Positions 22,163-41,686 of a stretch of 64,000 bases of DNA are shown here, in pieces (positions within the stretch are counted from its first letter, which is position 1; every line of letters starts with the position of its first letter). The DNA lies in contig CM074804.1 of the NCBI GenBank assembly GCA_037447605.1, positions 8,161,909 to 8,225,908 on the forward strand, given 5' to 3'. A program made the translations under genes and the position numbers. Under the pieces are notes generated by a model. That model ran no database searches, was not told the origin of the DNA, and saw only the letters and a program-made list of their open reading frames with translations. This DNA is from Zygnema circumcarinatum SAG 698-1b. Lineage: Eukaryota > Plantae > Zygnematophyceae.

Positions 22163-22540
22163 CTCTAGCGCCTCTTCATTGTTTGGCTCTGCCTGGAGGC
22201 GCTCCTCCCAATACTGGAGCTGCTGCTCATACATCTGCGCTGAAGCACCGAGTTCCTCGGCATCCTGCATCTCCTCACCCTCCGTTCTGGAATCCTGCGC
22301 AATCGTCTTACTAAAAGCAAAAAAATGAAGAAAGAGAATATACTACTCACACATTGTTAGGCGGACGCACCGACAGGCGGCCGAGCGGGAGAGAGATTGA
22401 GAGGGTTAGAGAGAGAGGGCAGACAGAGAGGGAGAGAGCGTTCTGACGCGCCCCGTCTGCACTGAAATCAGGATGTTAGGGTTTGATAAGAAGTAGCAGA
22501 AGGATCACCTTTCCAGTTGAGCATATACTTTTTGTAGCAT
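22163..22540 (-). CDS. Putative small exons of unknown product, either the METTL16 5' end or a separate short gene
   Basis: Exon 22310-22163 (ttttag...GAG|gtaac) encodes KTIAQDSRTEGEEMQDAEELGASAQMYEQQLQYWEERLQAEPNNEEALE. An upstream phase-compatible exon ends at AATGT|gtgagt. The downstream connection is not resolved. Confidence 0.35.
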
Positions 22541-22599
22541 TAGACTGAGGAGGAAAGGGAGGGCTTCAGCATCTTCACCCTCCCCAGAAAGCTAATTTC

Positions 22600-24573
22600 A
22601 TGAAGTTTGCAGAAAAAGCAGTTCAGGAAAGCTCAGAGGCGCAGCATGAGGAGAAGACGTCTGGGAAGCGGAGAGAACGATTCTTGGCAGCCGTTTCTGG
22701 GAAAGCCCTGAGGGCAAAGCTTGCTGGGAAGGTGAATCGTTCTCTTTCTTCTTCAGAAATCAGTAAGCTCTCTCTCAGTTTTCCACACCGTATCAAACTG
22801 TACAGACATTCAAAAGCCAAATTCTGGAAGAAATTTCTTTCTTTTGGTGGAGATTATGGATGACTATTAAGGAAAGGATAAGCTCTTGCAAGCGCTGTCT
22901 TTTTATCTATTGAGGAATGCAGCCAGTTTTGAAAGTAAGCTGAGGAAATTGAAAGGCATGGACTAGCCATAGGCCATAGATTGGACTCAGATTTACAACC
23001 TCTGTCCATTGTTCTAATAATCATCTAGGTATTCAGAGTTATAAGAATCAGAAAATTTGGCACAAATAATCAGGCTGTACTCCACATTCAAGTCGATAGA
23101 AACATAGGAAAAGAAAAGCACCTGCTTTTTATTTCTTCCTTATTTTTGAGTCAGAATGACTTTGGATGAAAATGGGCATATGGATACCTACTGTTGTGAT
23201 GTTACGATGGAAGAACGCGTGTGTTTGCCTTTTCAAATTGCCAAATGTTTTAGAAATTGGAAAGAATCGAGTGTTTTATTGGATCGAATTGTTTACCTTC
23301 ATTCAAAATTATTGTCTAAGTACCATTAAAAAAGGGTTATGTATGTCGCTTGTTTGAGGAAGCCTTTCAAGAGTTTCTATCTGACAGAGCACAATGCTCG
23401 GAAGGGAACACCCCTTTTTCTCTTTCTTCTTTTTTCCCCCCTTTTTCTTTGTTTGTGTGTGTGCGGTTACCACCCGTAGGAAACCACCTGTGGGATGTTC
23501 TTCCCAGATCAAAAATTTGAAGTTTTTGCTTTCCTCCTCTGCCTGCAGGGAATCTGAGGACAGCCTATCAGAATGCGCGAAGCATCAAGAAGTATCGAAG
23601 GCTGGAGAAGAAACTTGGAGGGACTGGGAGGCCCTCTCTTCCTGGAGGTGCAGGGGCGAGGGAGGAAGAGGAGCAGGTCGAGCAGGTGAGTTCAAGCGGT
23701 CACTCACTGCTGCTCCATGTTCAGGATTGGAAGTGCATCAGGACTTTGCATATGAGGTTGCAAAGAGTGTGAGAGAAGAGTGGGAGGGAGGGGGAAAGGG
23801 AGGGAGAGAGAGGGAGAGATTGGGGAGAGATGGGGGGAGAGGGAGGGAGTTTCTTTCTCCTAGTGCTAATCGCTGGCTCTGTGGCGCTGCAGGCGGGCAG
23901 TAGGAATGCAGGGACTCTGCAGAGGCCTGAAGCTGCAGATAACAGAGCCGCAAGGAAGCAGTCTAAAGGGGCAGACTTATCCGAGAGTAGGGTCAGGTTT
24001 TTCAACGGGGAGAGGGAGGGAGGGAGAGGGAGAGGGAGGGAGGGAGGGGGCGAAGGGTCAGGTGAGGCCGAGCTCGATGGTTTGAAAGATAGTAGAAAGA
24101 GAAGGTATAAGGAATTCAAAGCGGACGATGAGGACAATGCAGGTGAGGAAGAGGAAAAGAGGGAGAGAGGGGGCCAAACGAAAGGAGAAGGTGCAGGCAA
24201 GAAGAAGAGGCACAGTCAGTTGGAGAAAGATGAGGAGGAGGAGCCTTTTTTGCAGAAAGAAGAAGCTGGTGGTCCGAGTGAGAGAGAGGAGATGGCGGTA
24301 GGAGGGAGAGGCCATCTCAATCGGAGGAAGAAACCGCTCTTGAGTCAGATGGCGAGACTGCAGCGAGAAGCGGAGCAGAAGAAAGCTGCAGAGAGGGCAG
24401 CGAGGGAGGCGAGGGAGGCTGAGATGGAGCAAAAGCGGAAGCAGAGAGAGGAGGCGGAAAAGAGGAGGAAGGGAGTGACTGCGAAGCTGAGGAAGGTGAC
24501 GAAGAGAGGGCAGCCTGTGATGAAGCACAGAATGGAGAAGCTGCTGGAAAGCATACAGAAGGTGGTCAAGTAG
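22600..24573 (+). CDS. FYV7/TAP26 (CCDC59)-like rRNA-processing protein
   Basis: Exons 22600-22762, 23549-23685, 23893-24573, with phases 1 and 0 matching. Contains AYQNARSIKKYRRLEKKL and the C-terminal family motif KVTKRGQPVMKHRMEKLLESIQK. Confidence 0.85.
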
Positions 24574-25116
24574 CAGCCTTAGTTGTTCAGACAACCCCTC
24601 CAGTACTTAGAAAAGTACCTGGCGTCAATTTTCTCCACTCAAATTTTGAATCCTCTTGTTTTTTACACCAAGAGTCAAGCCAAAATTGCTAGGTTGGGGG
24701 TGAGACGTTGTAAAGTGTTGTTAAGGGAAAGATAAGAGAAGGGGGATTCGGGCTCTCTCAAGTGGACTCTCCCGCTCCCTTGTACAGCAACAAAGGCTCG
24801 GTTTCCTTACTGTGAAGACGGTTCCAAGGGTGGCTTCTTCTGGTGGTGCGATTGCATGCCATAGACTCTGCCCTTCTTGTCTGTTTTCTCAACTACCACG
24901 CTCATAGCAGGTTTCCTTCCGTTCTGAGAACAATACACTTTAGCCTTAAAATCCTAACGGCCCGTATCGGCCCTACACAAAAATTTCTGCCTGGCAAGAA
25001 CATGATTCACTATACATTTTTTCATTACCACGTTACCCCTCTCCAAAAGTGTAAAATCTTACGTCTCAAATCTGGCAAGCTTGCATAGGCATTCCGGAAA
25101 GTCAAGGTTGGTGCCA

Positions 25117-32657
<7,541 letters not shown>

Positions 32658-33214
32658 TGAAGCTGCTATCAATTTTTTGCTGCAATTTTGCAGCAAAAAA
32701 TTTCTGAAGCAGAAATCTGCTCCAAGATTTGGAGCACTTTCAGCCCAAATAAACCTTGCAGGAAAGCGCGCGCAAGGGCCGTCGTCGTTATCTTCCAATA
32801 ACAGAACGCCACGTGGAAGCAGTAAAAAACAGATCAATCAGCGACTGCCATGTCAGAAATTTATAACTACGTGACAAACCCTGATTGGCTGCACTTGACA
32901 CGTCGGTTCCTTCTTGACAGCTTTTGAAAGAGGCCTGCTGACAGGAAAGAACGACCTACGGACGCCCTGGTATATTCCTCGAGGAAAAGTAAATGTTGCC
33001 GGGACGGTTGGATACAATCAGGAAATTGACGGACGCGGTGCGACCCAGCAAGAAATTGGAGAGGAAGAAAAGGGAGGGGTCGTCATTGATGGCTCTGGAC
33101 TCTGAGGCCTTGTCTGGAGAGGAGGGCATGGCGGGTTGAGAGAGGAGGAAAAAGTAGGGGAGGGGAAGAGCTTGGAAGCTGCGGAGGGGGCTGCTTGTTT
33201 GTTGCCTGGTGGCG

Positions 33215-36175
33215 ATGGCTCTGGCGGTGAAAAATACAGAGGAGGGGCATTTGAAGTTCCGGGAAGGCAACTTTGTTGCTGCTCTGGAATTCTATTGCGC
33301 TGCTATTAACTCTGCTACGCTTCCAGCACACCTTATTGCTCTGCACAGCAACTGTGCAGCTTGTTATGTTAAGCTCAGAGATCATTCGAAGGTGGGACGC
33401 CATTCTCAATCCGATTTGCTGCGGCTTGGCTGCTTGTGCAAAAAGAATACTGTCCTCTTCAGAATGAGGGAAGCATGTCGAAAATATTAATGTAGGAATA
33501 ATAGGGTTTGGAAAGAAGAGTTATAAAGCATCTGCAAGAAAGAGAGGAATGCTGGTATGCGGAGGGCTTAGTGCAGGGTGGATGAGCGGCAGCAGCAATA
33601 AAATAAATCAATGTGCAAAGACTTTGATTTTCTTAAGGTCCTTCAGTGTAGTTTCTCAAAGTGAGTATTGATGTCTAGCTTGTTTTAGGGTTTGTAATTC
33701 AAGGCAATCCAATTTATTGGCAAGATTCTTTTCTATAGAGTGGCTCATTGCCGGTTCTATGCGCTTTTGTGAGCAAGACTGATGTTTAGCCTTAAAGTAT
33801 TTCCTGGTCTTGTCTCCTGCAGATGTCTTGTGCCCTTGAGGGGGTGATAGCAGAGTTTGTAGGCATTTCTTGGTAGCTTAGTCGTATATGCTCCCAGCCC
33901 CAAGAATGCTAGATGCTTCTTATACTACGATTTTGTTGTGCCTCAGACTCTTGGTGCAAGTGTAGAAGCAAATGCTTTCATTTTTATTTCCTTTGCATGT
34001 TTGTAGTTGCTGGAAGATTGAGTGATCCAGCTTAAGTCTTGATGTCGTGAGGAGTAAGATTTTTTTTTCACAGGCAATTTCATCGCCGCCCTTCTGGCTG
34101 GTCACATGTTCAGAATTTAGCATTTGTTTTTTAAAATGTTTGAGTGCAGGCCGTAGAAGCGTGCAGTTCAGTACTGCAGCTGGACCCGAATCATGCAGGC
34201 GCTCTGCTTCTCCGTGCTCAAACATTGCAAGCAAAAAGGGATTATCAAGCCGCGATTCTGGATGTGGAGAGGTTGCTACAATTAAAGCCAAGTCCAGCAG
34301 CTCTCAACCTGGAAGCAAAACTAAAGTCGCAGCTGGTAAGAGCTCTCTGTTTATTTATTCTTCAGCCTAGAAGCCTTTCCCAGTCATTGACTTCATGGCT
34401 GACGACAGCACATGAGTGAGACACGGGCGCCATGGTTTTTATGCATGCAATTCTCGCTACTTTGTTCACATATGTTTTCAATGGTTTGTTCGACTTTCTG
34501 TTCCTACTCCGCACGACTTGACAACTCGTTCATTTCTCGTAGCCTCCTCTACTTTTTAACAGCTTCAACCATATGCAGCTTCTTCCTCGTGCTTGTCAAT
34601 CGAAAGTTCCGAATCTCATCCCGCGACATTTATATGTTCGCATTCTTGCAACAGGCAAAGGAGTTGGAAGTGAAAGCTATCCGAGAGCTGGCAAAAGAGC
34701 CTCCCATGTCAACCCCACAGACGGCTGGAAATCTTTCAAGAGATGCTTCCTCCCTCTCGTTAACCCCGAACCTTTCTTCAAGCAACAACGCTCCTTCTCT
34801 CATATCTTCGTTAGATGATCCATCATCAGTGAAGGATGCTGGCAAACCTGTACCGAAGGTCATGTCCAGAATTCCAACACCATATCCGAATCGATTGCCC
34901 ACAAATCAGTCAAGTGTGTTATCTGGCATGCAAGCATCCACCTTCAGCTCCTCTGATGCTGCTTCACCGCCGCCAGATTCTTCTTCAAGTCCTCAATTCA
35001 ACCCTTCTCCTGCTCAGTCTTCTGAAGCTTCGTCAACATCTTCCAACAGTTTTGACTCCGTTCGTTCCCCAACAGATGCTTCGGGAGCTGCGCCGTCAGT
35101 TTTATTGAACGCTCCCTCAGCTGAACTCTCCTCGGCCGTGTCATCTTTATCGACTGCAGCAGCATTGCCATCGACCCTAGGGAGCTCCTCCATTGGCCCT
35201 TTCAGCCATCCTTCCCTTGATCTCAGAAGCAGCCGGCTATCCAAGTATTCTCGTCTGCCAGTTGCGCCATTGCCGCCAGTGCCGAGCTCTCCCAGTCCCC
35301 GTGATGAAGCTACTTTGCCAGAAAGCAGCGTGGTTGTACCATCTGGCCACTTTAGAGCCCCGCCTGCTGTTATCCCATCTACGGCAGTGGCTTCGGAGAT
35401 ATTCAAACCGCCTACTCATGAAGCCCTTCCCGTTTCTGACGTGAAGAGCAGCTTAGCTTTAGATGATGTACCTCTTGCAGCTGCTGTTGTGACGGTGGAG
35501 GAGGAACAGGCTTCCACTTCTCCTCCAGTACATATTGAGGAGGCTTCATTGGTGTCAACTTCTGAACCTCTTGCCCCTCCGAATCCAGAGTCGGAGGAAC
35601 AGTCGTCTGAACCTGTTGCAGAACATGTTGAAGTTGTTCCAGAGACGCCTGTTCCTGAAAAAGTCCCTTCTCCAACTGCAGAACCTTCAATAGCGCCCCT
35701 AATGTCGGTCAAACCATCAGGTGCGGTTGAACCTCCACCATTTTCTCCTGCTGCAGTTCCTGCAGCTACTTTCTCATCATCTGTAGCGTCCTCTTCCTCT
35801 TCATCGAAAGCCCTTAAGCGCTTAGAAGTTATAGAAGCCTTAGAAAACTTGGAAGCCTTGAAGGCTCTCAAGCCGTTGCCTAGTCAGAAGGCGCCGCTGG
35901 ATGTTTCAGATCGTGAGAAGGGAGAAGAAATAATAAAATTGAAGAGTCAGCCTGTGGAGTTAAAACTGTTCAACGGACCTCTCATGACCCTTAAGGACGC
36001 CCGACGAGATCCCCCCATCATAAAAATGCTTCAGCCGAAAGTTCCTCAGAAAAAGATGGACTACAGTAAGTGGGATAGTTTGGATGTCAGTGACAGCGAT
36101 GAAGAGAGGGAGCCTGAACCGACGTATCACTATCGGATCAAACAGGTCAATATTCAGCCGATAACAGGAAAGTGA
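33215..36175 (+). CDS. TPR protein (3 TPRs, long Pro/Ser-rich linker, C-terminal DYSKWD motif), similar to Arabidopsis At1g56090-type proteins
   Basis: Exons 33215-33391, 34150-34335, 34655-36175, all phase 0. Peptides GHLKFREGNF, IALHSNCAACYVKL, VLQLDPNHAGALLLRAQ and C-terminal MDYSKWDSLDVSDSDEE...YHYRIKQV. Confidence 0.85.
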
Positions 36176-36883
36176 TGAGGACGAGGATGGGAAGGTCATG
36201 TCTGACTTAACTGTTCATCGTTTTTCGTCCTGCTTAGAGTGACAATTTATTAGCTGAGGCAAACCTCGAAGGGATTTGTGAATGAGACCGAGAATAATGA
36301 GAGAAAGTAGGGGGAGCAAGGAGGGTAGAGAGAGAGAACGTAGCGTAGCTGTTTACTGAGAGAGAGAGTGTATTCGAGAGAGTGAGAGTGAGAGAGAGAG
36401 AAAGAGAGAAGATGAGTTGCTTGGGTGTTCGCTTACTATATGTAAATCAGGGTAATTATTTCGGGGTATGCGAACTTCAGTTAGAAGGGATTTCTTCTTG
36501 CATCTAAGCTGATGGGCTCCAAGTATAAGCGAGGCTATTCTGGCATAGCGCTGTGTAGGAAGGGCTCCTTCCTTCTTTCTTCTTCCTGGAATCCTTTATT
36601 TTACAATTAACTGAGAAATGTCAACTGCAACTGAGCACGATGATTGGCTGCGGAGCTGTGTTGGCGATTTACTGCATGCATGCATGTGCATGAAATTCAT
36701 TGTTGCTTTATGGCTTGAATCAAAGCCGCGTCTGGGATTCTGTAAAGGTGGCAGGGGTTCTAAACCCCTATCTAAAAACCGCTATCTAAGTTGCTGCAAT
36801 GCATTTTTTGCAAATTGCAAACCTAAACCCTAGAATTTTGCGAACCCTAAATTTAATACCGTAGTACAGAACTCGCAGCTCCA

Positions 36884-39800
36884 TCAGCCAACTTTCTGGA
36901 GAGGGGGAAGATGCAGTTCGCCGCAGCGAATAAGATCCGCGATTTCAACGGAAAATCTGAAACATAGAATTCCGAATGACAAAAGCAAGAGTTGAAGACT
37001 ATTTAAAAAAAAAGCTGCACAAAAGGGTGTGATGTTCTACCTATCAAACGTGTAGGGAGCAGCGAAAGGGAGGGATCAAAATTAGGTTTAGGGTGTTGGG
37101 TTTTAAGGTTTACGGTTTAGGGTTTCAACGTTTAGGGTTTAGAGGTTTAAGAGTTAGGGTTTAGGGTTTATATTTAGGGTTTAGGGCTTTAATATTTAGG
37201 GTGGGTTTTAAGATTTAGGGTTTAGGGTTTCAAGGTTTAGGGTTTTCGGGTTTTTCAGCCATATACCGGTGGAGGGGAAACCCCATAACGTTAAAATAAC
37301 ATCCTTCGATGCGTCTTACGAGGGTGCCACCTTTACCCTGATTTCAATAAGGAAAGGCATAACTGACTTATTTGTTAATCCAAATTAGAAAAAAAAAAAA
37401 AAAAAAAAAAAAACGAAATTAAGAAAAGCTCAAGAAATTTGACATTCAGCGACACTTCCGTACACGTGTCTGTCTGAAGAAGATTTTAGGGTTCCTGGAA
37501 GTTCCAAGACTCCAAGACTCCTTTTTAGGGTTTCGAAAGGCTGCTTTCAGAACCAAACGAAATTTCAGCATCCGGTCAGAGTTCAGGATTTTTAGGATCT
37601 TAGGGTTTCAGGAACCTTAGGGTTCGAACTTTTAGGGTTTTAGGTTTTGGGGATTCAGGGTTAAGGGTTTAAGCCCTACTTGGATGCCATAGGCCCCGGC
37701 CTTCCCCATTGGCTCCCCTGTTGCCACGTAGGCCGAAATTTCCTCGTTGTCCAGCTCCCCAAATTCAACCTGGCGAGAGCAGGAAGCCTAAAAGTCAAGA
37801 AATGACCGGCACGAATTTTTAGGGTTCAGGGTGCAGGGTTCAGATTTTAGGGTTCGAAGTTCATGCTTCAGGTGTTAGGGTTCAGGATTTTGAGTTCAAT
37901 GTTTAGGGTTCAGGATTTAGGGTTCAAGGTTTAGGGTTCAGGATTTAGAGTTCGCTTTTGTGAGGAAAGGGTGGCAGTTCACCGCTGTCTGTTCATAGAA
38001 CGAACGCAACTTCGGAGCCTCGGACGCGTCTGTAAAGGAAAAAAGGGGAAAACAAAAAAAAAACACCAAGTGTGAAGCATTGTTAGTTGCTGGACTTCAA
38101 AGCAAAGAAAAATCTCTGTAACCCTGTAAACTCTAAAACCCTGTAAGCCCTTTCCCTGCGCCCTGGAAACCCTAAAATTGGTAGGGTTCTACAAGGTTGT
38201 TGCTGCTCCCCTCCTCGCTGTGCTCCCTCCCCCTCTCGTCCCCTCCCTCACCCCTCCCTCTCTCTATCCCTCCCCACCTCCCCTCTCAAACTCGCTCCGT
38301 CTATAGTTACCACTATCTGCCACAAACCACGAGCCTTAATGCCAAGGAAAGGTATAACCCTAAAAAAGCTCAAAACCCTAAAAACCCCAAGCGAACCCTA
38401 AAGGGCCTGAAACCCTAAAGAAACCCAACACTATGCAACCCTAAACCCCCTGAAAGTCCTAACCCCTCAACCCTGAACCCTAAACCCTAACCCCTCAACC
38501 CTAAGCCCTCAACCCTGAACCCTAAACCCTAACCCCTCAACCCTAACCCCTCAACCCTCAACCCTAACCCCTCAACCCTGACCCCTCAACCCTGACCCCT
38601 CAACCCTGAACCCTAAGCCCTAACCCCTAAACCCTAACCCCTCCCTCAACCCTAACCTCTCAACCATAACCCCTAAACCCACCCCTGAACCCCCCCCTAA
38701 ACCCTAACCCCTCAACCCTAACCCCTCAACCCTCAACCCTAAACCCTAACCCCTAAACCCTAACCCCTAAACCCTAACCCCTCAACCCTGACCCCTCAAC
38801 CCTGAACCCTAAACCCTAACCCCTAAACCCTAACCCCTCCCTCAACCCTAACCTCTCAACCCTGAACCCTAAACCCTAACCCCTAAACCCTAACCCCTCC
38901 CTCAACCCTAACCTCTCAACCCTGAACCCTAAACCCTAAACCCTAAACCCTAACCCCTGAACGCGTGCACAGGCCTTTTGGCAGAGCGAGCGCCACTCCC
39001 GTGTACACAGTGTGCTTCCTCCCTGCGAGCCGCCGGCCAATCAGAGGGCGAGATCGCTCAGTCCGACCAATCAGAGCGCAGGGGCCAATGAGCCTCATCA
39101 TAACAACACCCTAAAATTCCGGAACCCTAAAAATCCGAAACCTTAAAAACCCTAAAAAATTGCGCACCACTGAGCGATCGGAGCATCCCAAAGGCGTCCT
39201 CTTCATCTCTCGGCTTCTCCAGAATTTTTCCCTGCAGCCCGTTTTTCTTTCTTTGCTTTATAGGTTGAAGAAGCGAGGGATGTTTGCTTTCCGAAGCTCA
39301 AGGAGAAGCAAAGGGAAGTATTAAAAAGATGATGGAGAAGTGAAGCAAGCAAGATTGACGAGTAGCAAAAAGGGTCCCCAAAATGTAAAATCTAATTAAA
39401 AAGGAAAAAAGGAAAAAAAAAAAAAATAGCAGCGCTGACCGAAATTTCGACGACCGTATCAGCTGCGATGATGAGCTTTGGAAAGTGTCATCCTGCAAGA
39501 ACTAAAAAGAATGAAATTGAAAATNNNNNNNNNNNNNNNNNNNNNNNNNNNNNNNNNNNNNNNNNNNNNNNNNNNNNNNNNNNNNNNNNNNNNNNNNNNN
39601 NNNNNNNNNNNNNNNNNNNNNNNNATTCATTCAAAAATGAATAAAAATACTGTGCAATATACATCTGCAAACTTGAAAGAAAACCCAAAACGCGGAGGCT
39701 CAGCTTCTTCCTGAACCCTCACTCTGAACCTTATTTCTAAACGGATCTGAAACCCTAATTTTGTTTTAATCTTGAACCCACCTAAACCCTAAGCCTTCAC

Positions 39801-40439
39801 CCGAACATTAATCCTATCCAAAAATCTTAACCATTTGGAATCTATCCCTAACCCTAACACCTCAATTCTTACCCTGAACCCTGAAGCCTAACCCGTAGCT
39901 CCAATCCTAAATCTTAGACTCTAACCTTAAACCCTAACCCTGACTCCTAGCCCTAAACCCTAATCATATACCCTAACCCTAAATCCACTCCCTGAACCCT
40001 AGCCCTGAACCCTAGCCCTGAACTCTAACCTAATTGCCAGACCTAATTCCTAGACCTAATTCCTAGCCCCAAACCCTACCCCTCAACCCTAGACCTAATT
40101 CCTACCCCTGAACCCTAGCCCTGAACCCTTTCCTAGATCTGATTCCTAGCCCTAAACCCTAACCCTGAATCCTAGTCCTAATTCCTAGCCCCTATACCCT
40201 AGCCCTAAACCCTAGCCCTGAATCCTAGACCTAATTTCTCGCCCTAAACCCTACACCCTAAGTCCTAACCCTACCCCCCCCCCCCCCCCCCCCCCCCNNN
40301 NNNNNNNCCCCCCCCCCCCCCCCCCGAGCCCGGGGGGCGAGCGGCGCACGAGGGAGCGCAGGAGGAGGGCGCGGCGCGGGGAGGCGGAGGCGAGCACGAC
40401 GCGGCACGCCTCTAACGCCGCCACGTGTTGCAGCGCCAT
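36884..40439 (-). CDS. Maf/YhdE-family nucleoside triphosphate pyrophosphatase; exon 2 probably lost in the 100-N gap
   Basis: Exons 40439-40350 ([14 protein letters not shown]), 39475-39440 ([12 protein letters not shown]), 39231-39168 ([22 protein letters not shown]), 39022-~38970 (RKHTVYTGV), 38029-37983, 37770-37680 ([30 protein letters not shown]), 37337-37267 ([14 protein letters not shown]), 36956-36884. None of these internal exons appears as such in the ORF track. Confidence 0.92.
37082..37250. repeat. Degenerate (TTTAGGG)n array in the last Maf intron
   Basis: Repeated tttaggg/ttaggg variants; similar arrays at ~37580-37670 and ~37810-37950. Confidence 0.9.
38380..38960. repeat. 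Degenerate (CCCTAAA/CCCTCAA/CCCTGAA)n array in a Maf intron
   Basis: About 580 bp of heptamer variants with higher-order repetition. Confidence 0.95.
39750..40272. repeat. Degenerate telomere-like array (CCCTAAA/CCCTAGC variants) in Maf intron 1
   Basis: ccctaa/ccctag/ccctga heptamer variants. Confidence 0.9.
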
Positions 40440-41686
40440 TGACTGAGGGGAGAGCGCAGAGAGGAGAGAGGGTAAGCGGGAGGGCGCGGGGAGGGAGAGG
40501 AGGGAGAGAGAGGGAGGGAGAGGAGGGAGAGAGAGGGAGGGAGAGGAGGATGACCCTTCAAAAACTGAGCCTTCCCCGCCTCGTTCGGTTGCTCGCCTTT
40601 CCTTACTCTCCCTCCTTGCTAAGACTTCCCTCCCTCTCCCTCTCTCTCTCTTCCCTCTCTCTCCTCTCCCTCTCCCGCTCTCCCGCCCACTCTCTCCTCC
40701 TCTGCCTCCCCTCTCGTCTCGCTCCTCTCCTTCTTTCTCTGCTTCCCAATCTCCGCTCTCTCTCTCTATCTCTCCCACTCTCGCGTTTGTTTCTTCGTTC
40801 TCAGCCCCCAACCTCACCTCTCTCCTTCACTCCTCTGCCCCCTCTCTCTCACACACTTGCACTTCCTCCTCTCACTTTTACTATCTCCGTTTCCCTGTGC
40901 CTCTTCCTTCTACCTCCTCTATCCCCTTCTTCCGCCACTTCTTCCGCCTCCACACTTTCCCTCCTCCCTCTACCTTGCTGCCTCTCTCCCTCACTTCCCT
41001 CACTCCTTCTCCCTATGCCTGCTCCCCTTTGAGTAGTTGTTCTGCTCCTCTTCCCTCCATTTGCAGCGCGAGGAGGCAGTCAATCACGCATTTTGAAATC
41101 CAGGAAATGCAACTTTAAAAAACATCACCTCATTGTCGCTTTCAAAAATGTCACAGCGTCATTATTATCTTCACTCTTCTTCTTGTTCTTGAGTTGTTTA
41201 CTTTCGCTTAATCTTTTCATCACTTGCACCTTATTCCACCCTCCTTGGCCGCTAGCAGTCCTCTTCCACCATTTCATTGCACTCCAGTACGTAACATCGA
41301 GGCGAAAGGCACACACAAAACTGAACAGTTCTTAAGAAAAACTTACAGCAGCACAAGAACCAAAACCTCTTCACCTCCATTTTTTGAGTGAAATGAGACC
41401 TTTTCATTCAAACTCTATCGCATGAAACATGTCATGCCATGCAACATCATCATACATCCACTTCACTTCCAAACCCTAAGAAGCCTATTTTCTTTCCAAT
41501 GCTGCGTTCTACCTAAAGTGTCTGCCTGCATGCATGCATGAGCGCAGGTGGTGGGCAGCATCATCTCCTCCTTCCTCTGACTACTCGATGGATGGATGGA
41601 TGGATGGATGGATGGATGGGGTCCTGCAGTTGGCAGTCACACCATCCGCCCTGAACCCTAATTTCTACATCTCCTCCACCCTTAAG

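Noticed and set aside
39030-39100. Three CCAAT boxes suggesting a promoter
   Set aside because: They sit in a short Maf intron just 5' of the acceptor on the sense strand (ctctgattgg, branch-point-like); no downstream gene fits.
39476-39495. In-frame TGA just before LIIAADT in the Maf gene (possible pseudogene or recoding)
   Set aside because: An AAG acceptor at 39476 removes it, and the preceding exon is probably hidden in the 100-N gap, so there is no evidence for a real stop.
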